A stretch of 64,000 nucleotides of DNA from an uncultured Acidobacteriota bacterium (GTDB lineage: Bacteria; Acidobacteriota; Blastocatellia; RBC074): contig CAWCKY010000003.1 in NCBI GenBank assembly GCA_963796275.1, positions 736,001 to 800,000 of the forward strand, written 5' to 3'. Below are positions 23,131-34,241 of the stretch, piece after piece; the first letter of the stretch is position 1; each line of letters starts with the position of its first letter. The notes beneath the pieces are model-generated. The model saw nothing but the letters and a program-made list of their open reading frames with translations. It did no database searches and was not told the DNA's origin. Both the position numbers and the translations under genes were made by a program.

Positions 23131-23993
23131 TCCGTCCTCCGTATCACATCTACGCCGAAGACACCGAGAAACATTTGGACCGCCAGGGCGATCAGCGCTA
23201 CAACGAACAGCAGGCGTATCTTCTCGTTCGACACGGCCATGAGGACGCGCGCACCGATGACCGCACCGATGACCGATCCCAGCGCGACGGGACCCGCGAT
23301 CGGCGCGATGATATCGCCGCGCACGAAATATGCGCCGGCGCTGGCCGCGGCCGTCACGCCGATCATGAAATTCGAAGTCGCCGACGATACCTTGATGGGC
23401 AGGCGCAGCGCCGTGTCCATAGCCGGAATTTTGAGGACGCCGCTGCCGATGCCAAGCAGCGCCGAGATCAGTCCCGCGCCATACATAAGCGCCAGCCCTA
23501 TCGGCAGGCGCTCCACCCGATAGGTGATGTCGCGGCCGAGCACGCGATCCGGATAGCTCGAATCTAGTCGCCGCATCGTCGAACCACCAGTCATGACCGG
23601 TGCTGGCGCGAGGGCGGGGTCGCGGCGCTTGGCAAGCATCTGCTGGGCTGAGAGCAACAGGATCAGACCGAATATGAAGAAGAGATACGACGCCGGGATC
23701 AGGCCTGAGAGCAGCACCCCGGTCAGCGCTCCTGCGGTCGTGGCCGTCTCCAGCACAATCGCGAGGCGAACATTGGTGAGGCGCTCCTTCAGGAATGTGG
23801 CAGCGCCGCCGCACGAACACGCAATGACCGAGACGATGCTCGCGCCGACGGCGCTGTGAATCTCGATGTGGCCGAACATCGTCAAGATCGGCACGATGAA
23901 GATGCCGCTTGCCATACCCAGCATGCCGCCCAGTGCACTGGCAAAAAGCGACACAGCAAACAACCAGAGTTCGGTTCCGGGGTTTATCTCCAT
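23127..23993 (-). CDS. Sulfite exporter TauE/SafE family protein
   Basis: GGMLGMASGIFIVP, LLGIGSG and SSATSNFMIG; AGAAAGG RBS before ATG 23993. Confidence 0.9.
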   Translation of the reverse strand: MEINPGTELWLFAVSLFASALGGMLGMASGIFIVPILTMFGHIEIHSAVGASIVSVIACSCGGAATFLKERLTNVRLAIVLETATTAGALTGVLLSGLIPASYLFFIFGLILLLSAQQMLAKRRDPALAPAPVMTGGSTMRRLDSSYPDRVLGRDITYRVERLPIGLALMYGAGLISALLGIGSGVLKIPAMDTALRLPIKVSSATSNFMIGVTAAASAGAYFVRGDIIAPIAGPVALGSVIGAVIGARVLMAVSNEKIRLLFVVALIALAVQMFLGVFGVDVIRRTE

Positions 23994-24059
23994 ATGCTGC
24001 CTTTCTACGACGCCAAGGTGCGCCGCGCCAACCGGGCCCCACACAATATCCCAAGCGCC

Positions 24060-24285
24060 TTCTCTAAAGATGTCTTCCCGGCGCGGCGACCGTCACCTCA
24101 AGTCCGCGCATCTTGAGGTTGGCAGCCGTTTCCATACCGATGAAGCTCGTGCCGATGACGACTACGCGCTTCGCCTCTCCGGCTGTCTAGATAATCGTAT
24201 CGGAGTCCGCAAAACTGCGCAGCATGAAGACGTTCTTCAGAGCGCTTCCGGTGACGGGGCAGCGTTTGCCTACGCGAGGCATTCT
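24060..24285 (-). pseudogene. Internal remnant of an FAD/NAD ferredoxin-reductase-like oxidoreductase
   Basis: Manual translation NVFMLRSFADSDTII*TAGEAKRVVVIGTSFIGMETAANLKMRGLEVTVAAP, with an in-frame stop. Confidence 0.75.
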
Positions 24286-24360
24286 AGCCTCGCCATGATC
24301 TATGTTCAATGTTTGAAAAGGCACCAGGTCGGCACGCGTTGGTAGCGGAGTCCCAAGTCT

Positions 24361-24471
24361 TCATCGATTCGCGAAACAAAAACCGGGGAGAGTCCACTGG
24401 ATATTGATGCGATCGCAACAGGAGAGCATATTGTCAATCTGGTCGGCATAACGTTCGGTGAGCAGTGACAT
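24361..24471 (-). pseudogene. N-terminal remnant of a putative transposase-like protein
   Basis: MSLLTERYADQIDNMLSCCDRINIQWTLPGFCF resembles, from memory, the start of a multicopy family (..LSCxDRxxIxGTLP..); truncated. Confidence 0.45.
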
Positions 24472-24609
24472 ATAACCTGTTTCTGATGTTTGTGACGCAA
24501 TAATCCGAGCGGGAATCATCGCCGAGCGCCGGGCATTACACTCCGCCTTCCCTTGACATTCTACCAAAACAAGCCTCTACTCTGATATTGGATTCCACTA
24601 GAGAGGCTT

Positions 24610-24963
24610 ATGCGAATGCCAAAAGACGACCCAATCGACATGCTGCAGGGGACGCTCGACATGCTTATTCTGCGCACCCTGTTGTTCGGACCGAGGCACG
24701 GCCAAGCCATCGCCAAATCGATCGAGCAGACTTCACAAGACGTGCTGAGAGTAGACCACGGCTCGCTCTATCCGGCATTGCAGCGGCTGGAGCGGCGCGG
24801 ACTGGTCAGCGCCAAATGGGGGACTTCGGAGAATAACCGGCGTGCCAGGTTCTATCGCCTGACGGCTGCCGGCCGGAAGCAACTGACGGCCGAGACCAGT
24901 AAGTGGAAGCGTTTGAGCGAGGCGATCGCCCACATCCTCAACCCGAATCGAGAGGAGGTCTAG
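24610..24963 (+). CDS. PadR family regulator (acidobacterial type)
   Basis: [21 protein letters not shown] and [12 protein letters not shown]. Confidence 0.95.
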   Translation: MRMPKDDPIDMLQGTLDMLILRTLLFGPRHGQAIAKSIEQTSQDVLRVDHGSLYPALQRLERRGLVSAKWGTSENNRRARFYRLTAAGRKQLTAETSKWKRLSEAIAHILNPNREEV

Positions 24964-24965
24964 CC

Positions 24966-27674
24966 ATGCGCTGGTGGTACGAACTGAAATACCTCGTCCG
25001 GAAACTTAACCGCGGGCATGCGGAACAGGAGTTGGAGGAAGAGATTCGCGCTCACCTGGAGCTGGAAGCCAGTGAGAATATGGAAGCCGGGCTTTCGTCT
25101 GAAGATGCGGGATATGCAGCGCGACGGGCATTTGGCAGCGTCGCTTTAGCCAAGGAGGAGAGTCGTACGATGTGGGGATTCCCGAGATTGGAGACATTGT
25201 GGCAAGACCTTCGTTACGGTGGGCGAATGATACTGAGGCATCCTAACTTCACCATGGTCGCGGCGCTTACGCTCGCGCTCGGCATTGGAGCGAACACGGC
25301 GATCTTCAGCATCATCAACGGAGTATTGCTCAAACCGCTGTCCTACCCGCAGCCGGATCGACTGGTGACTCTGTGGGAGCGAGCTTCGGAGCGCGGAATT
25401 GAGCAGGAGCGCGTTAGCGGCCCCAACTATCTGGACTGGCGTAGACAGAATTCGGTGTTTTCTGACATGGCCGTTAGCCCCGGATGGGACAGCAGCGACT
25501 TCAAACTCGTCCTCCGCGACAGCATCGTCAAGGTTCGCGGGATGTATGCCTCCTCAAGTCTATTCACGACGCTCGGGGGCGCCCCTTTGCTGGGCCGCAC
25601 ATTTTTATCCGAGGAAGATCAGAAGGAAGGAAATCGCGTGGCCGTCGTGGGCTACAATTTGTGGCAGCAGCAATTTGGCGGCGACCCCAACGTCCTCGGT
25701 CAGACGCTCACGGTGGATCGTTATGGGAGACGCGATTACACCGTTGTAGGGGTGATGCCGCCGGACTACGGCTCGCTGAGTGGATGCGAGGTGTGGCTCC
25801 CGATCGGCTGGATGGGTGTCAATCTTGATGATCATCGTTCTGCGCATTGGCACGACGTCATCGCTCGGCTCAAGCCTGGCGTATCACTCGCACAGGCGCA
25901 GGCGCAAATGAACGCGATCCAGGCGCGGTTGAAGCAGACCTATCCGGGAGAAACCATCGGTTCGCAAGTCTCAATCGTGCCGCTCGTTCAACAGGCCGTC
26001 GGGCGGAATTTTCACACGGCGCTGTTCGTGTTGTGGGGCGTCGTGACAGGCGTGCTGTTGATCGCCTGTGCGAATGTCGCCAACATGATGCTGGCTCGCG
26101 CCGCTTCGAGACAGAAGGAGATCGCGGTGCGCCTCGCGCTGGGCGCTGGGCGCTGGCGTGTGATGCGGCAGTTGCTTACAGAAAGTATTTTGCTAGCCCT
26201 ACTCGGCGGCGCTGCGGGTGTGTTGCTGAGTCATTGTGCGGTGAAGTTGTTTATCGCCGCCAGTCCCGCAAACATCCCTCGTCTGGCAGGGGTATCGCTC
26301 GACAGCACAGCGCTCGCTTTCACTTTCGGAGCAGCGTTATTGACAGGTGTGATCTTCGGGTTGGCCCCCGCCTGGCAATGTTCGCGGCTCGACCTGAACA
26401 AAGCTTTGAAGGACGGTGGCACTGGGGCGTCCACGGGAGCTTCCTCCAAATTCACACGTAATGTATTGGTCGTCACGGAGGTCGCATTGGCGATCGTTCT
26501 GCTGGTCGGGGCCGGCCTGATGTTGCAGAGTTTCAGAAAGTTGCTGGCATCGGATCGAGGTTTTCGTGCGGAACAAGTCGTGACGGCGGAATTGGATTTC
26601 TCCGTATCCGGATTCGGCGCCTGGTTTCGCCCGGCCGTCACCAGGCCGCAAGTGTATATGGCGGAACTGCTGGAACATGTCCGCCACCTCCCCGGAGTTC
26701 AGTCGGCCGGGGCAGCGTATCGCCTCCTGCGTCGTGATAACCATCCCCCAAACCAGTCATTCGCCATCTTCGGCAAGCCGGTCGACCCCGATGCAGAACG
26801 TCCCAACGTCGAGGCCAATGCTATTACGCCCGATTCACTTCGCGCGCTCGGCACGCCACTCCTGCGCGGACGTGACTTCACCGAGGCCGACAGGCTGGAA
26901 GCGCCTGGCGTAGTGCTGGTGAATGAGAGTTTCGCCCGCCGGTTCTTTTTCAACGAAGATCCGCTGGGCCAATACATCACGATGGTGAAATCACCGGGAC
27001 CGCTTGGCTCCAGGGACGCCGCCGGCGTGCCATTCTGGTACGAAATCGTCGGGGTGGTGGGCGATGTGAAGTCGCTGGGCCTGCCGCCGGAGGCAGTGCC
27101 GGAAATCTACCGGTCCTACTGGCAATTCCCGATGGATCACCCGACTCTAATCGTCCGCGCCACGGGTGATGCGTCCGAACTGGCGAAGGTCATCCAGCGT
27201 GAAACCAAGGCCGTCATTCCCAATCTGCCCGCCCCTGAAATTCGGCTGATGACCGATCGTGTCCGCGAGAGCATGGCGCAACCTCGATTCGAGTCCGGAT
27301 TGTTGAGTCTATTCGGCGTACTCGCGCTGCTCTTGGCAGCGGTCGGCATCTATGGCGTGCTCGCTTACTCAGTGGCTCAACGGCAGCACGAAATCGGCAT
27401 CCGCATAGCGTTGGGTGCGGGACGCGGCAACATCCTGCGTCTGATTCTAGCGCAAGGGATGAAGCCGGTTTTCATCGGCGGCGCCATCGGTCTGCTCGCT
27501 GCAACTGCCTTGATGCGATTGCTGAAGACCTTGTTATTCGAGGTGAGTGCGACCGATCCGCTGACGTTTGCAGTGATCGCGATTTTGCTGACGCTCGTGG
27601 CGCTGCTGGCTTGTTACCTACCGGCGAGGCGGGCGGCGCGGGTGGATCCGATGGTCGCACTTCGGCGCGAATAA
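24966..27674 (+). CDS. ADOP duplicated MacB-type permease with N-terminal prefix domain
   Basis: [17 protein letters not shown] prefix, [24 protein letters not shown] and RVDPMVALR; directly after PadR. Confidence 0.93.
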   Translation: MRWWYELKYLVRKLNRGHAEQELEEEIRAHLELEASENMEAGLSSEDAGYAARRAFGSVALAKEESRTMWGFPRLETLWQDLRYGGRMILRHPNFTMVAALTLALGIGANTAIFSIINGVLLKPLSYPQPDRLVTLWERASERGIEQERVSGPNYLDWRRQNSVFSDMAVSPGWDSSDFKLVLRDSIVKVRGMYASSSLFTTLGGAPLLGRTFLSEEDQKEGNRVAVVGYNLWQQQFGGDPNVLGQTLTVDRYGRRDYTVVGVMPPDYGSLSGCEVWLPIGWMGVNLDDHRSAHWHDVIARLKPGVSLAQAQAQMNAIQARLKQTYPGETIGSQVSIVPLVQQAVGRNFHTALFVLWGVVTGVLLIACANVANMMLARAASRQKEIAVRLALGAGRWRVMRQLLTESILLALLGGAAGVLLSHCAVKLFIAASPANIPRLAGVSLDSTALAFTFGAALLTGVIFGLAPAWQCSRLDLNKALKDGGTGASTGASSKFTRNVLVVTEVALAIVLLVGAGLMLQSFRKLLASDRGFRAEQVVTAELDFSVSGFGAWFRPAVTRPQVYMAELLEHVRHLPGVQSAGAAYRLLRRDNHPPNQSFAIFGKPVDPDAERPNVEANAITPDSLRALGTPLLRGRDFTEADRLEAPGVVLVNESFARRFFFNEDPLGQYITMVKSPGPLGSRDAAGVPFWYEIVGVVGDVKSLGLPPEAVPEIYRSYWQFPMDHPTLIVRATGDASELAKVIQRETKAVIPNLPAPEIRLMTDRVRESMAQPRFESGLLSLFGVLALLLAAVGIYGVLAYSVAQRQHEIGIRIALGAGRGNILRLILAQGMKPVFIGGAIGLLAATALMRLLKTLLFEVSATDPLTFAVIAILLTLVALLACYLPARRAARVDPMVALRRE

Positions 27675-27807
27675 CCGCGTCTTTAGTTCAATAACACTAC
27701 AACCGAGTGCATCTCTCGGAGGTCGCGAGTATTCAATCCTTCTTTGGTTCCGGCTCGTCGGGCCCCAGTCATTCTATGAGGGCGCAATGGCAGCTACAGA
27801 TAGGACA

Positions 27808-27985
27808 GGTTGCGGCGCCGGGTAGAGCGAGCCTTCCTCGACCTGCCGCACGTCGCCCGATATCTGCTTGATGTGTGGGCGGTCCCATAGCCGTGCATCA
27901 GCCCGCGTTGCGCTCGATGGTCTTGAGGATTAGTATCTCCAGCTTGCCGGATTTGCGGGAAGCCCGATTGGCGCTTCTTTATATG
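27808..27985 (-). pseudogene. Degraded second PadR gene
   Basis: Across frameshifts it reads GKLEILILKTIERNAG/MHGYGTA/IKQISGDVRQVEEGSLY; RBS AAGGAGG followed by ATA where a start would be. Confidence 0.7.
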
Positions 27986-28035
27986 AAATCCTCCTTCATC
28001 CTCTGCAAGAGTCATTTCGGAGAAACGGTTCGCTC

Positions 28036-30597
28036 CTACTCGGTGCGTAGCGCGACCATAGGGTCGACTCTCGCGGCGCGCGCAGCGGGAATCCAGGATG
28101 CCAGGAGCGCGGCGGCGCAGAGTAATAATGTGGCGATGGCGAGCATGCGCGGATCCCACGGCGAGACGCCGAAGAGTTGATGCGTCATGAGCCAGCCGGC
28201 GGCGATGGCGAGCGGAATACCGAGTCCGAGTCCGATCCCGATCTGGAAGAATGCGCTGCGAAGGACCATGCGGACCACGTTGGCACGATCGGCGCCAAGC
28301 GCCATGCGCACTCCGATCTCGTGCGTACGCTGTTCGACGGTGTAGGCCATCACCCCGTACAAGCCCACCGCGGCGAGAACAAGGCCGAGCACGCCGAAGA
28401 GCATGGTGAGGGTGGCGATCATGTTCTCCTGTTGAAAGGCGCCGGCCAGAATTTTCGAGTACGGATTCACGCCGTAGACCACCAGGTTGGGATCGATGCT
28501 GGCGAGCGTTTTGCGTACCTCGGCTTCGATACCGGGCGGATTGCCGGGAGCCCAGATGACGATATTGTAGAGGAAGTGGGAGAAGAGGTCGAAAGTAGTG
28601 AATTGCGGATCATCGTATTTGACGCTTTGTGTTTCGGGCAGCCAGTACATCGGGCGGATAGGATCCTTCATTCCCCAGGTCATGTAACGGATATCGCGTA
28701 CAACGCCGACGATTTCGAATGTATTGGCATACTGAATGCGGTTCATGCCGAAGTGCTCACCGATCGGGTTCTGGTCTTTGAAGAAGCGTCGAACGAAGGC
28801 TTCGTTGACGACGGCGATCGGGCGAGTCGTGCCGGTGTCCTGCTCTTCGATGGAGCGGCCCAGCACGATTTTTGCGCCGATAGTTTCAAAGAAGCCGGGC
28901 ATGACGCGGGCCCAGCCGGCGCCGTTGTCTTCCTTGGGCCCGGGTTCGGGGCGGCCTGCGATACGAATGCCCTCGTTCCAGCTATCGCCGCTCATTGGGG
29001 CATAGAGAACGGGAGCGACCATGCGCACTCCGGGCACGCGCAGGAGGCGCTCGTCGATACGACGGTAGAACTGCTCCATTTGTTCGGGCTTGTAGTTGCC
29101 GAGCGTTGGGTTGATGGAGGCGAGATAGCGGTGTTTCGTTTCGAAACCAAAATCCTGGCGCTCGAGATTGAGCAGACTCTGGCCAAGCAGAGCAGCGGCC
29201 GAGAGCAGGACGAGCGACATTGCGGCTTGCGCGATAACCAGCGATTTTTGCGCGATGGAGCTGCCGCCGCGCACGGAACGGTTGCTGCCGCGCATAGCTT
29301 CGACCGGATCGACATGCGAAGTCATCCAGGCGGGAGCGATGCCGAAAAGTATTCCCGTGAGTAGTGAGACCGCGAGCGTAAAGAGCAGAACGGACCAGGA
29401 GGGCGACGCATTGACCGGGATGTAGTTCATCGGGCCGCTGTTATAGAATGCGAGATAGAGAATCAGTTTACTGCCTCCGTAGGCGATTCCGATTCCGAGA
29501 ATGCCGCCGATGATGGCAAGCAGGGTGGACTCAACGAGCGCTTTGCGCACCAACCGGCTGCGTGACGCGCCGAGAGCGACGCGCAGAGCCGTCTGCGAGC
29601 GTTCCTTCAAGCCGCGGGCGAGCATGAGATTGGCGAGATTGCCGCAGGCGACAAGCAGTACACAGCCGGCTGCGATGAGCAGCAACTTCAAACCAGCCTC
29701 ATATTGGTCGCGCATGGCCGCGGTACCGGCGCCGCCGGGGATGAGATTCAGGGTTTGCTGCTGCCAGGTCTGCTTTTCGCCGGGCTCCATGTCGGCCACA
29801 TGGCTTGCGAGCCATTCATACAACTCGACGCGCAGCTTGGCTTCGAGCGACTTGGGATTCACGCCGGGACGTACGCGGCCGATGATGTCGAGCCAGTTCG
29901 TGTTGGGGCGTTTGAGGCGCTGGGCTTCGCCGCCGAGCAGAGGCTCGGTGTTGGTCGGGAGCCAGATATCGGGCATGCCCCAGCTGGCGAGCTTGGCGCC
30001 GTAAAAGCCCGGCGGAGCGACGCCGATCACGGTAAAGAGCTGACCGTTGATCTGATAACTCGCACCCACAACCGAAGGGTCGGAGGCGTATTTCTCGCTC
30101 CAGATGCGATAGCTCATGACGGCGACGGGAGTTGCGCCGGGCTGATCGTCGGCGTCCGTCAGTAAGCGGCCGATCCAGGGATTGACGCCGAGGGTGCGGA
30201 AGAAATTGCCGGAGACGTATTGGCCATTGCGTGTGTCGACAGGGTCCTGCGACCCTCCCCGGCGAACACCGAGTGGCGCATTGCCGGCTTGCAGTGCGGC
30301 AAGGTCGACGAACTCGGGCGTGTGATCGCGGAAATGCTTGTAAGCTTCATAGGAGAAGAGCGAAAAATTGCCATCGTTATCCTGCGTATACCCGCCCCAG
30401 TTGCAGCAGCGGACTTTGTCGCCCACGCGCCAGAGTTCTTCGGGCTTGGTGACCGGCAGAGACTTGAGCATCACCTGATGAACGAGAGTGAAAATCGCGG
30501 TCGTGGCGCCAATACCCAAGGCGAGCGTGATAACCGCAGTGATGGTAAATCCGGGCGCTTTTCTGAGTCGCCGAAGCGCTTCCTTCAAATCCGACAT
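28036..30597 (-). CDS. ADOP duplicated MacB-type permease (no prefix domain)
   Basis: MSDLKEALRRL, LALGIGATTAIF, LLVACGNLANL and [11 protein letters not shown]. Confidence 0.93.
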   Translation of the reverse strand: MSDLKEALRRLRKAPGFTITAVITLALGIGATTAIFTLVHQVMLKSLPVTKPEELWRVGDKVRCCNWGGYTQDNDGNFSLFSYEAYKHFRDHTPEFVDLAALQAGNAPLGVRRGGSQDPVDTRNGQYVSGNFFRTLGVNPWIGRLLTDADDQPGATPVAVMSYRIWSEKYASDPSVVGASYQINGQLFTVIGVAPPGFYGAKLASWGMPDIWLPTNTEPLLGGEAQRLKRPNTNWLDIIGRVRPGVNPKSLEAKLRVELYEWLASHVADMEPGEKQTWQQQTLNLIPGGAGTAAMRDQYEAGLKLLLIAAGCVLLVACGNLANLMLARGLKERSQTALRVALGASRSRLVRKALVESTLLAIIGGILGIGIAYGGSKLILYLAFYNSGPMNYIPVNASPSWSVLLFTLAVSLLTGILFGIAPAWMTSHVDPVEAMRGSNRSVRGGSSIAQKSLVIAQAAMSLVLLSAAALLGQSLLNLERQDFGFETKHRYLASINPTLGNYKPEQMEQFYRRIDERLLRVPGVRMVAPVLYAPMSGDSWNEGIRIAGRPEPGPKEDNGAGWARVMPGFFETIGAKIVLGRSIEEQDTGTTRPIAVVNEAFVRRFFKDQNPIGEHFGMNRIQYANTFEIVGVVRDIRYMTWGMKDPIRPMYWLPETQSVKYDDPQFTTFDLFSHFLYNIVIWAPGNPPGIEAEVRKTLASIDPNLVVYGVNPYSKILAGAFQQENMIATLTMLFGVLGLVLAAVGLYGVMAYTVEQRTHEIGVRMALGADRANVVRMVLRSAFFQIGIGLGLGIPLAIAAGWLMTHQLFGVSPWDPRMLAIATLLLCAAALLASWIPAARAARVDPMVALRTE

Positions 30598-31005
30598 TTC
30601 GTTTCCCCTGAATGTGTTTGGTGCCGCTATCGTGAACCGGCATGTGGTTAGCAAATGGCTCGCGGCACAGTTGCAATACTCGGCAGGACCGGTTTGGTTA
30701 CCAGCCGACCTCAATTTTGTGACTGACAGAGCGGAATACGCACAGGCGGGTCGATAAGATCCAAAAGTTTCGATGATTTTAGCGTTGCGCTCACCCCCGG
30801 ATTACGACGGCCTTCGTCTCCAGCTCTGCGTGTTAACCGAACGGTGGTAAGTGACGTTTCAAACGAAATCGTTTCAGGTTTCACGCAATAGCTCAATTAT
30901 TGATAGCCACACAGAGTTCCTAAAAATAAGAATCGTAATGGCTTTATTTCCAGCGAAAATTTATCGAAATCGTTGGTTTTGTTCTTCTGGCTAAAAGAAC
31001 CAAAT

Positions 31006-32661
31006 TCAGTGCTTTGGAGAAAAACTTACGGGCTTCGCCACGAATCGCGGTCCGTTTGCGCTGTCAGCGAACGTCCAGCCGGTGAGGTAGGCCAGCTTCA
31101 AAATTTTCTCCATTTTCGTGAAATTAATGCGGTCGACCGTATCTGTGGGTTGATGATAGTCGGGATGGAAACCGGTGAACCACCAGATCGCGGGTACCTC
31201 GCGCAGCGCAAATGGAAATTGATCGCTGCGCTGATAGATGTTGAGCGCCGCATCGTTATCCCATTTATAGTTGAGTTTCAAGCCGACCCGCTTATTTTCG
31301 CGTTCGACGACCGAGCGATAATCGGGACTGTTGATAGTCCCGATCAGGTTCAATTCGTTAGAGGTGTCGGCGGCGATTTCAATCAACCCGTCAGTCTGGG
31401 TGCTGGGGGTCTCATTTCGTCCGATCATATCAAAGTTGATCACTGCCCGTGTCAGTTCGAGCGGCCGCAGTGGATGCACGACGTAATAGTAGGATCCGAG
31501 CAGTCCGCGCTCTTCCGCTGCAAACGAAGCGAAGAGAAGCGAACGTTTCGGCTTCGCCGGATTCGCCGCAAATGCCCGCGCCAATTCGATCACGCCCACG
31601 GTGCCTGAACCATTGTCATCGGCCCCATGAAATATCTTTCCTTCGCGAATGCCGTCATGGTCGTAATGGCTGCCGAAGACTATCGTTTCGTTCTTCAATG
31701 CCGGATCGCTGCCCTCTACCAATCCGATAACGTTGTAGCTCGTGGCGCGCCGGTGCTCCGCATTGACGATTCGCATCTCGACGACTGTATCAGCCAGCTC
31801 CTGCGACTGTGGGCGTAGTGTCGAATCGATCGCCGTCTGCAACTCGGCCGGCGTCTTGCCTGAAGGTTCAAGCAGTCTGCCTGCCACCGCATCGCTGACC
31901 GAGAGCAGCGGAATTTTCGTTTCATTCTCCGCCAGTGCCTGCGATGCATTTCGCGTGATTCGCTCGAGTATACCGGGAATGCGGGCCAACCGTTCTTGAT
32001 TCGATAGGTGCTTGCGATTGGGTTCGCTAACTACCAGGACGCCGACCGCTCCGCGTCGCTGGGCATTCAATATCTTCAGTCTCGAGTTGACGTGGCGCGT
32101 ATTGCCGACACCGTTGAAAATGGATTTCGGGTCGTTCTCCTGCGGCTCGTGATCGAAGACCAGTACGATCTTTCTCTTGACGTCGAGCCCCTGGTAATCG
32201 TCATAGTTGAATTCGGGCGCGGTGATGCCATACCCGGCGAAGACTACTGGGGCGCTGACCGTCGTTTCGAGCGGGTAGGTGCCGAAGAAATCTTTGACAT
32301 ATTTGTATCGCTGCTCGCTCCCGCCGCGTTTGAGAGTAATGTTCATTTCGTGAATGTCTGGACGATACTCGATCAGTTCGACCGCCTGAAGATACGATTC
32401 ACCGACCAGAGGTTTGAGACCGGCTTTGGCAAATTCAGCTGCGATGAACTGAATGGCGATATCTGAGCCCCGCTGCAACGACATCCGTCCTTCGAGGGCA
32501 TCGGAAGCCAGGAAGGTCAGGTCGGCGTGCAGATTTTTGGCGTTGATGGCGTTGAAGCCGGTAGCGAGGCGTGAATCGATTCCGTTTTGTGCGAGCGCAG
32601 CGGTGGCGATTAGTAAGATCGAGCAGAGTGTGAAAAATCGATTTGACTTGTGGGTCTTCAT
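31006..32661 (-). CDS. Secreted M28 family peptidase with PA domain
   Basis: Signal peptide, VFAGYG, SHYDH, GADDNGSG, AEERGLLGS, DMIG and YHQPTD. Confidence 0.93.
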   Translation of the reverse strand: MKTHKSNRFFTLCSILLIATAALAQNGIDSRLATGFNAINAKNLHADLTFLASDALEGRMSLQRGSDIAIQFIAAEFAKAGLKPLVGESYLQAVELIEYRPDIHEMNITLKRGGSEQRYKYVKDFFGTYPLETTVSAPVVFAGYGITAPEFNYDDYQGLDVKRKIVLVFDHEPQENDPKSIFNGVGNTRHVNSRLKILNAQRRGAVGVLVVSEPNRKHLSNQERLARIPGILERITRNASQALAENETKIPLLSVSDAVAGRLLEPSGKTPAELQTAIDSTLRPQSQELADTVVEMRIVNAEHRRATSYNVIGLVEGSDPALKNETIVFGSHYDHDGIREGKIFHGADDNGSGTVGVIELARAFAANPAKPKRSLLFASFAAEERGLLGSYYYVVHPLRPLELTRAVINFDMIGRNETPSTQTDGLIEIAADTSNELNLIGTINSPDYRSVVERENKRVGLKLNYKWDNDAALNIYQRSDQFPFALREVPAIWWFTGFHPDYHQPTDTVDRINFTKMEKILKLAYLTGWTFADSANGPRFVAKPVSFSPKH

Positions 32662-32835
32662 AGCAAGTTTCCATCCATCGAATAATGTTACTTATGAATA
32701 ATGTTACTTAGAGCGTAGCGCGACATTCTCATACTATAATCGGAAAAGAAACATTTCTTATTTGCTCTTCAAATTTTTAAGGCTCTGATTGATTATTCTA
32801 TGCGCGAGATTATCAAGTTGTACAGAATCACACAC

Positions 32836-33290
32836 GATGCCAGAACCGGAAAGGAGCGGTGGCACAAGCTGATCGCCGATGTGAAGCAGGAATACTTCTC
32901 GACGCCGGCTCCGCTCGTCATCCGCAACCACGTGATCATCGGTATGGGCGGCGATTCTCTCGACGTCCCGGGCTGGCTGGAATCTCGCGATCCGGAGACC
33001 GGGGAACTGCAGTGGAAATGGTACACAACGCCTCGTAAAGGGGAGCCCGGATTCGAGACCTGGCCGGATGAATACGCGGCAGCTCACGGAGGCGGAATGC
33101 CCTGGCAACCCCCGACCTACGATCCCGAGCTGAATCTGCTTTACGTGCCTACCGGCAACCCGAATCCAGTGATGGCCGGTCAGAGCCGCAAAGGGGACAA
33201 CCTGTGGACGGCTTCAATCGTTGCGCTCAACCCGGATACCGGAAAGATGGTCTGGTATTTCCAGTGCTCGCCTCACGACACGCACGATGA
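32836..33290 (+). pseudogene. Internal fragment of a PQQ-type beta-propeller quinoprotein
   Basis: DARTGKERW, DPETGELQW, YDPELNLLYVPTGNP, GDNLWTASIVAL and PHDTHD; both termini missing. Confidence 0.8.
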
Positions 33291-33370
33291 TGTCGTATCA
33301 GGACTTATCAGCCATCGGCGCCTCCGAGTGCCTACGTGGTCGAATTTAGTTACACTCACATAAATCGCGT

Positions 33371-34168
33371 TTACTTGCTGCTCGTGAGCATTGAAAGCGG
33401 TCGCATCTCGAGGCTGAAATCTTGTGGATGTTCGCCGATGATAGCGGCGGCGACCAGCGCCGGCGTGTACCCCGCGCCTTCTCCTTGAAAATTCGAGCTG
33501 AGCGAATCCTTCTTTTCGGTCAATAAGCAAATGCTACAAGCCGCGCCGCGCGCTTCGCCAACCGCGCTTAGCATCTGTTCGACGGCGCGTTCCCCCTGGT
33601 TATATGCGAGCAAGCTCAACCACAAGTCTCCTGCAAAGCGTCCTTGTAATTCTGAGAGATAGCGAGCGGCTGCATCAGCTGCTTTCGTGGGATCGCTGCG
33701 TTCATCGGCGGTGAGCCCAAAGCGCGTTGCAGTCTGTTCCATGAATTGAAACATCCCTGAAGATCCCGCCGGGCTTATCAGATCATTGCGATATTCTGAT
33801 TCCATCAGTGGCAGGTAGATGCCGACCAGCGGCGAAAGATTGTACGCCCGGAAAATATTAGCGAACTCCGGCGCATGCCTGGCCCCCCGCATCAAGACCG
33901 AGCGTAAATCTTCCTTGTCCCCGTCGTTGCCGATGCGCTCGGCGTAAGCTTCGACGCGCTCGACGATGAGCGCCAGGTAGGCGTGCGATAAATCAGACGA
34001 ACGTCCGGTGATAGCGGCGCCGATCCGGTGAGCCTTATCTTTCACATAAGCCTGTTTGTCAGCTGCCGAGCGCTGCTGAAAGGTTTGCGCAATTGCGTCG
34101 ATCGATGCCCAGGAGATGAGCAGACAACAGAGAGAAGCAAATATTGGCATTTTTGAAATTTGTTTCAT
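33371..34168 (-). CDS. Secreted lytic transglycosylase (SLT/MltD-like)
   Basis: Signal peptide; LMESEY (catalytic Glu-Ser), GMFQFM..TA and LAYNQG motifs; GAGGAGG RBS. Confidence 0.88.
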   Translation of the reverse strand: MKQISKMPIFASLCCLLISWASIDAIAQTFQQRSAADKQAYVKDKAHRIGAAITGRSSDLSHAYLALIVERVEAYAERIGNDGDKEDLRSVLMRGARHAPEFANIFRAYNLSPLVGIYLPLMESEYRNDLISPAGSSGMFQFMEQTATRFGLTADERSDPTKAADAAARYLSELQGRFAGDLWLSLLAYNQGERAVEQMLSAVGEARGAACSICLLTEKKDSLSSNFQGEGAGYTPALVAAAIIGEHPQDFSLEMRPLSMLTSSK

Positions 34169-34241
34169 AATACGAATCCTCCTCTAAATTTTCGCGTGAA
34201 AAGAGTTGCGGTTAAGATTTCCGCAGGTTTCGATCTCAGTA

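Noticed and set aside
22816-24054. 412-aa ORF
   Set aside because: Only the last ~104 aa (DUF1634-like) look real; the rest is an alternate frame of the TauE gene
28177-29364. 395-aa plus-strand ORF and similar long antisense ORFs (e.g. 20602..21411, 9508..10227)
   Set aside because: Shadow ORFs opposite well-supported GC-rich genes, with no recognisable motifs
32800-33363. Intact 187-aa quinoprotein
   Set aside because: It covers only part of a propeller and has unrelated ends, so it is treated as a remnant
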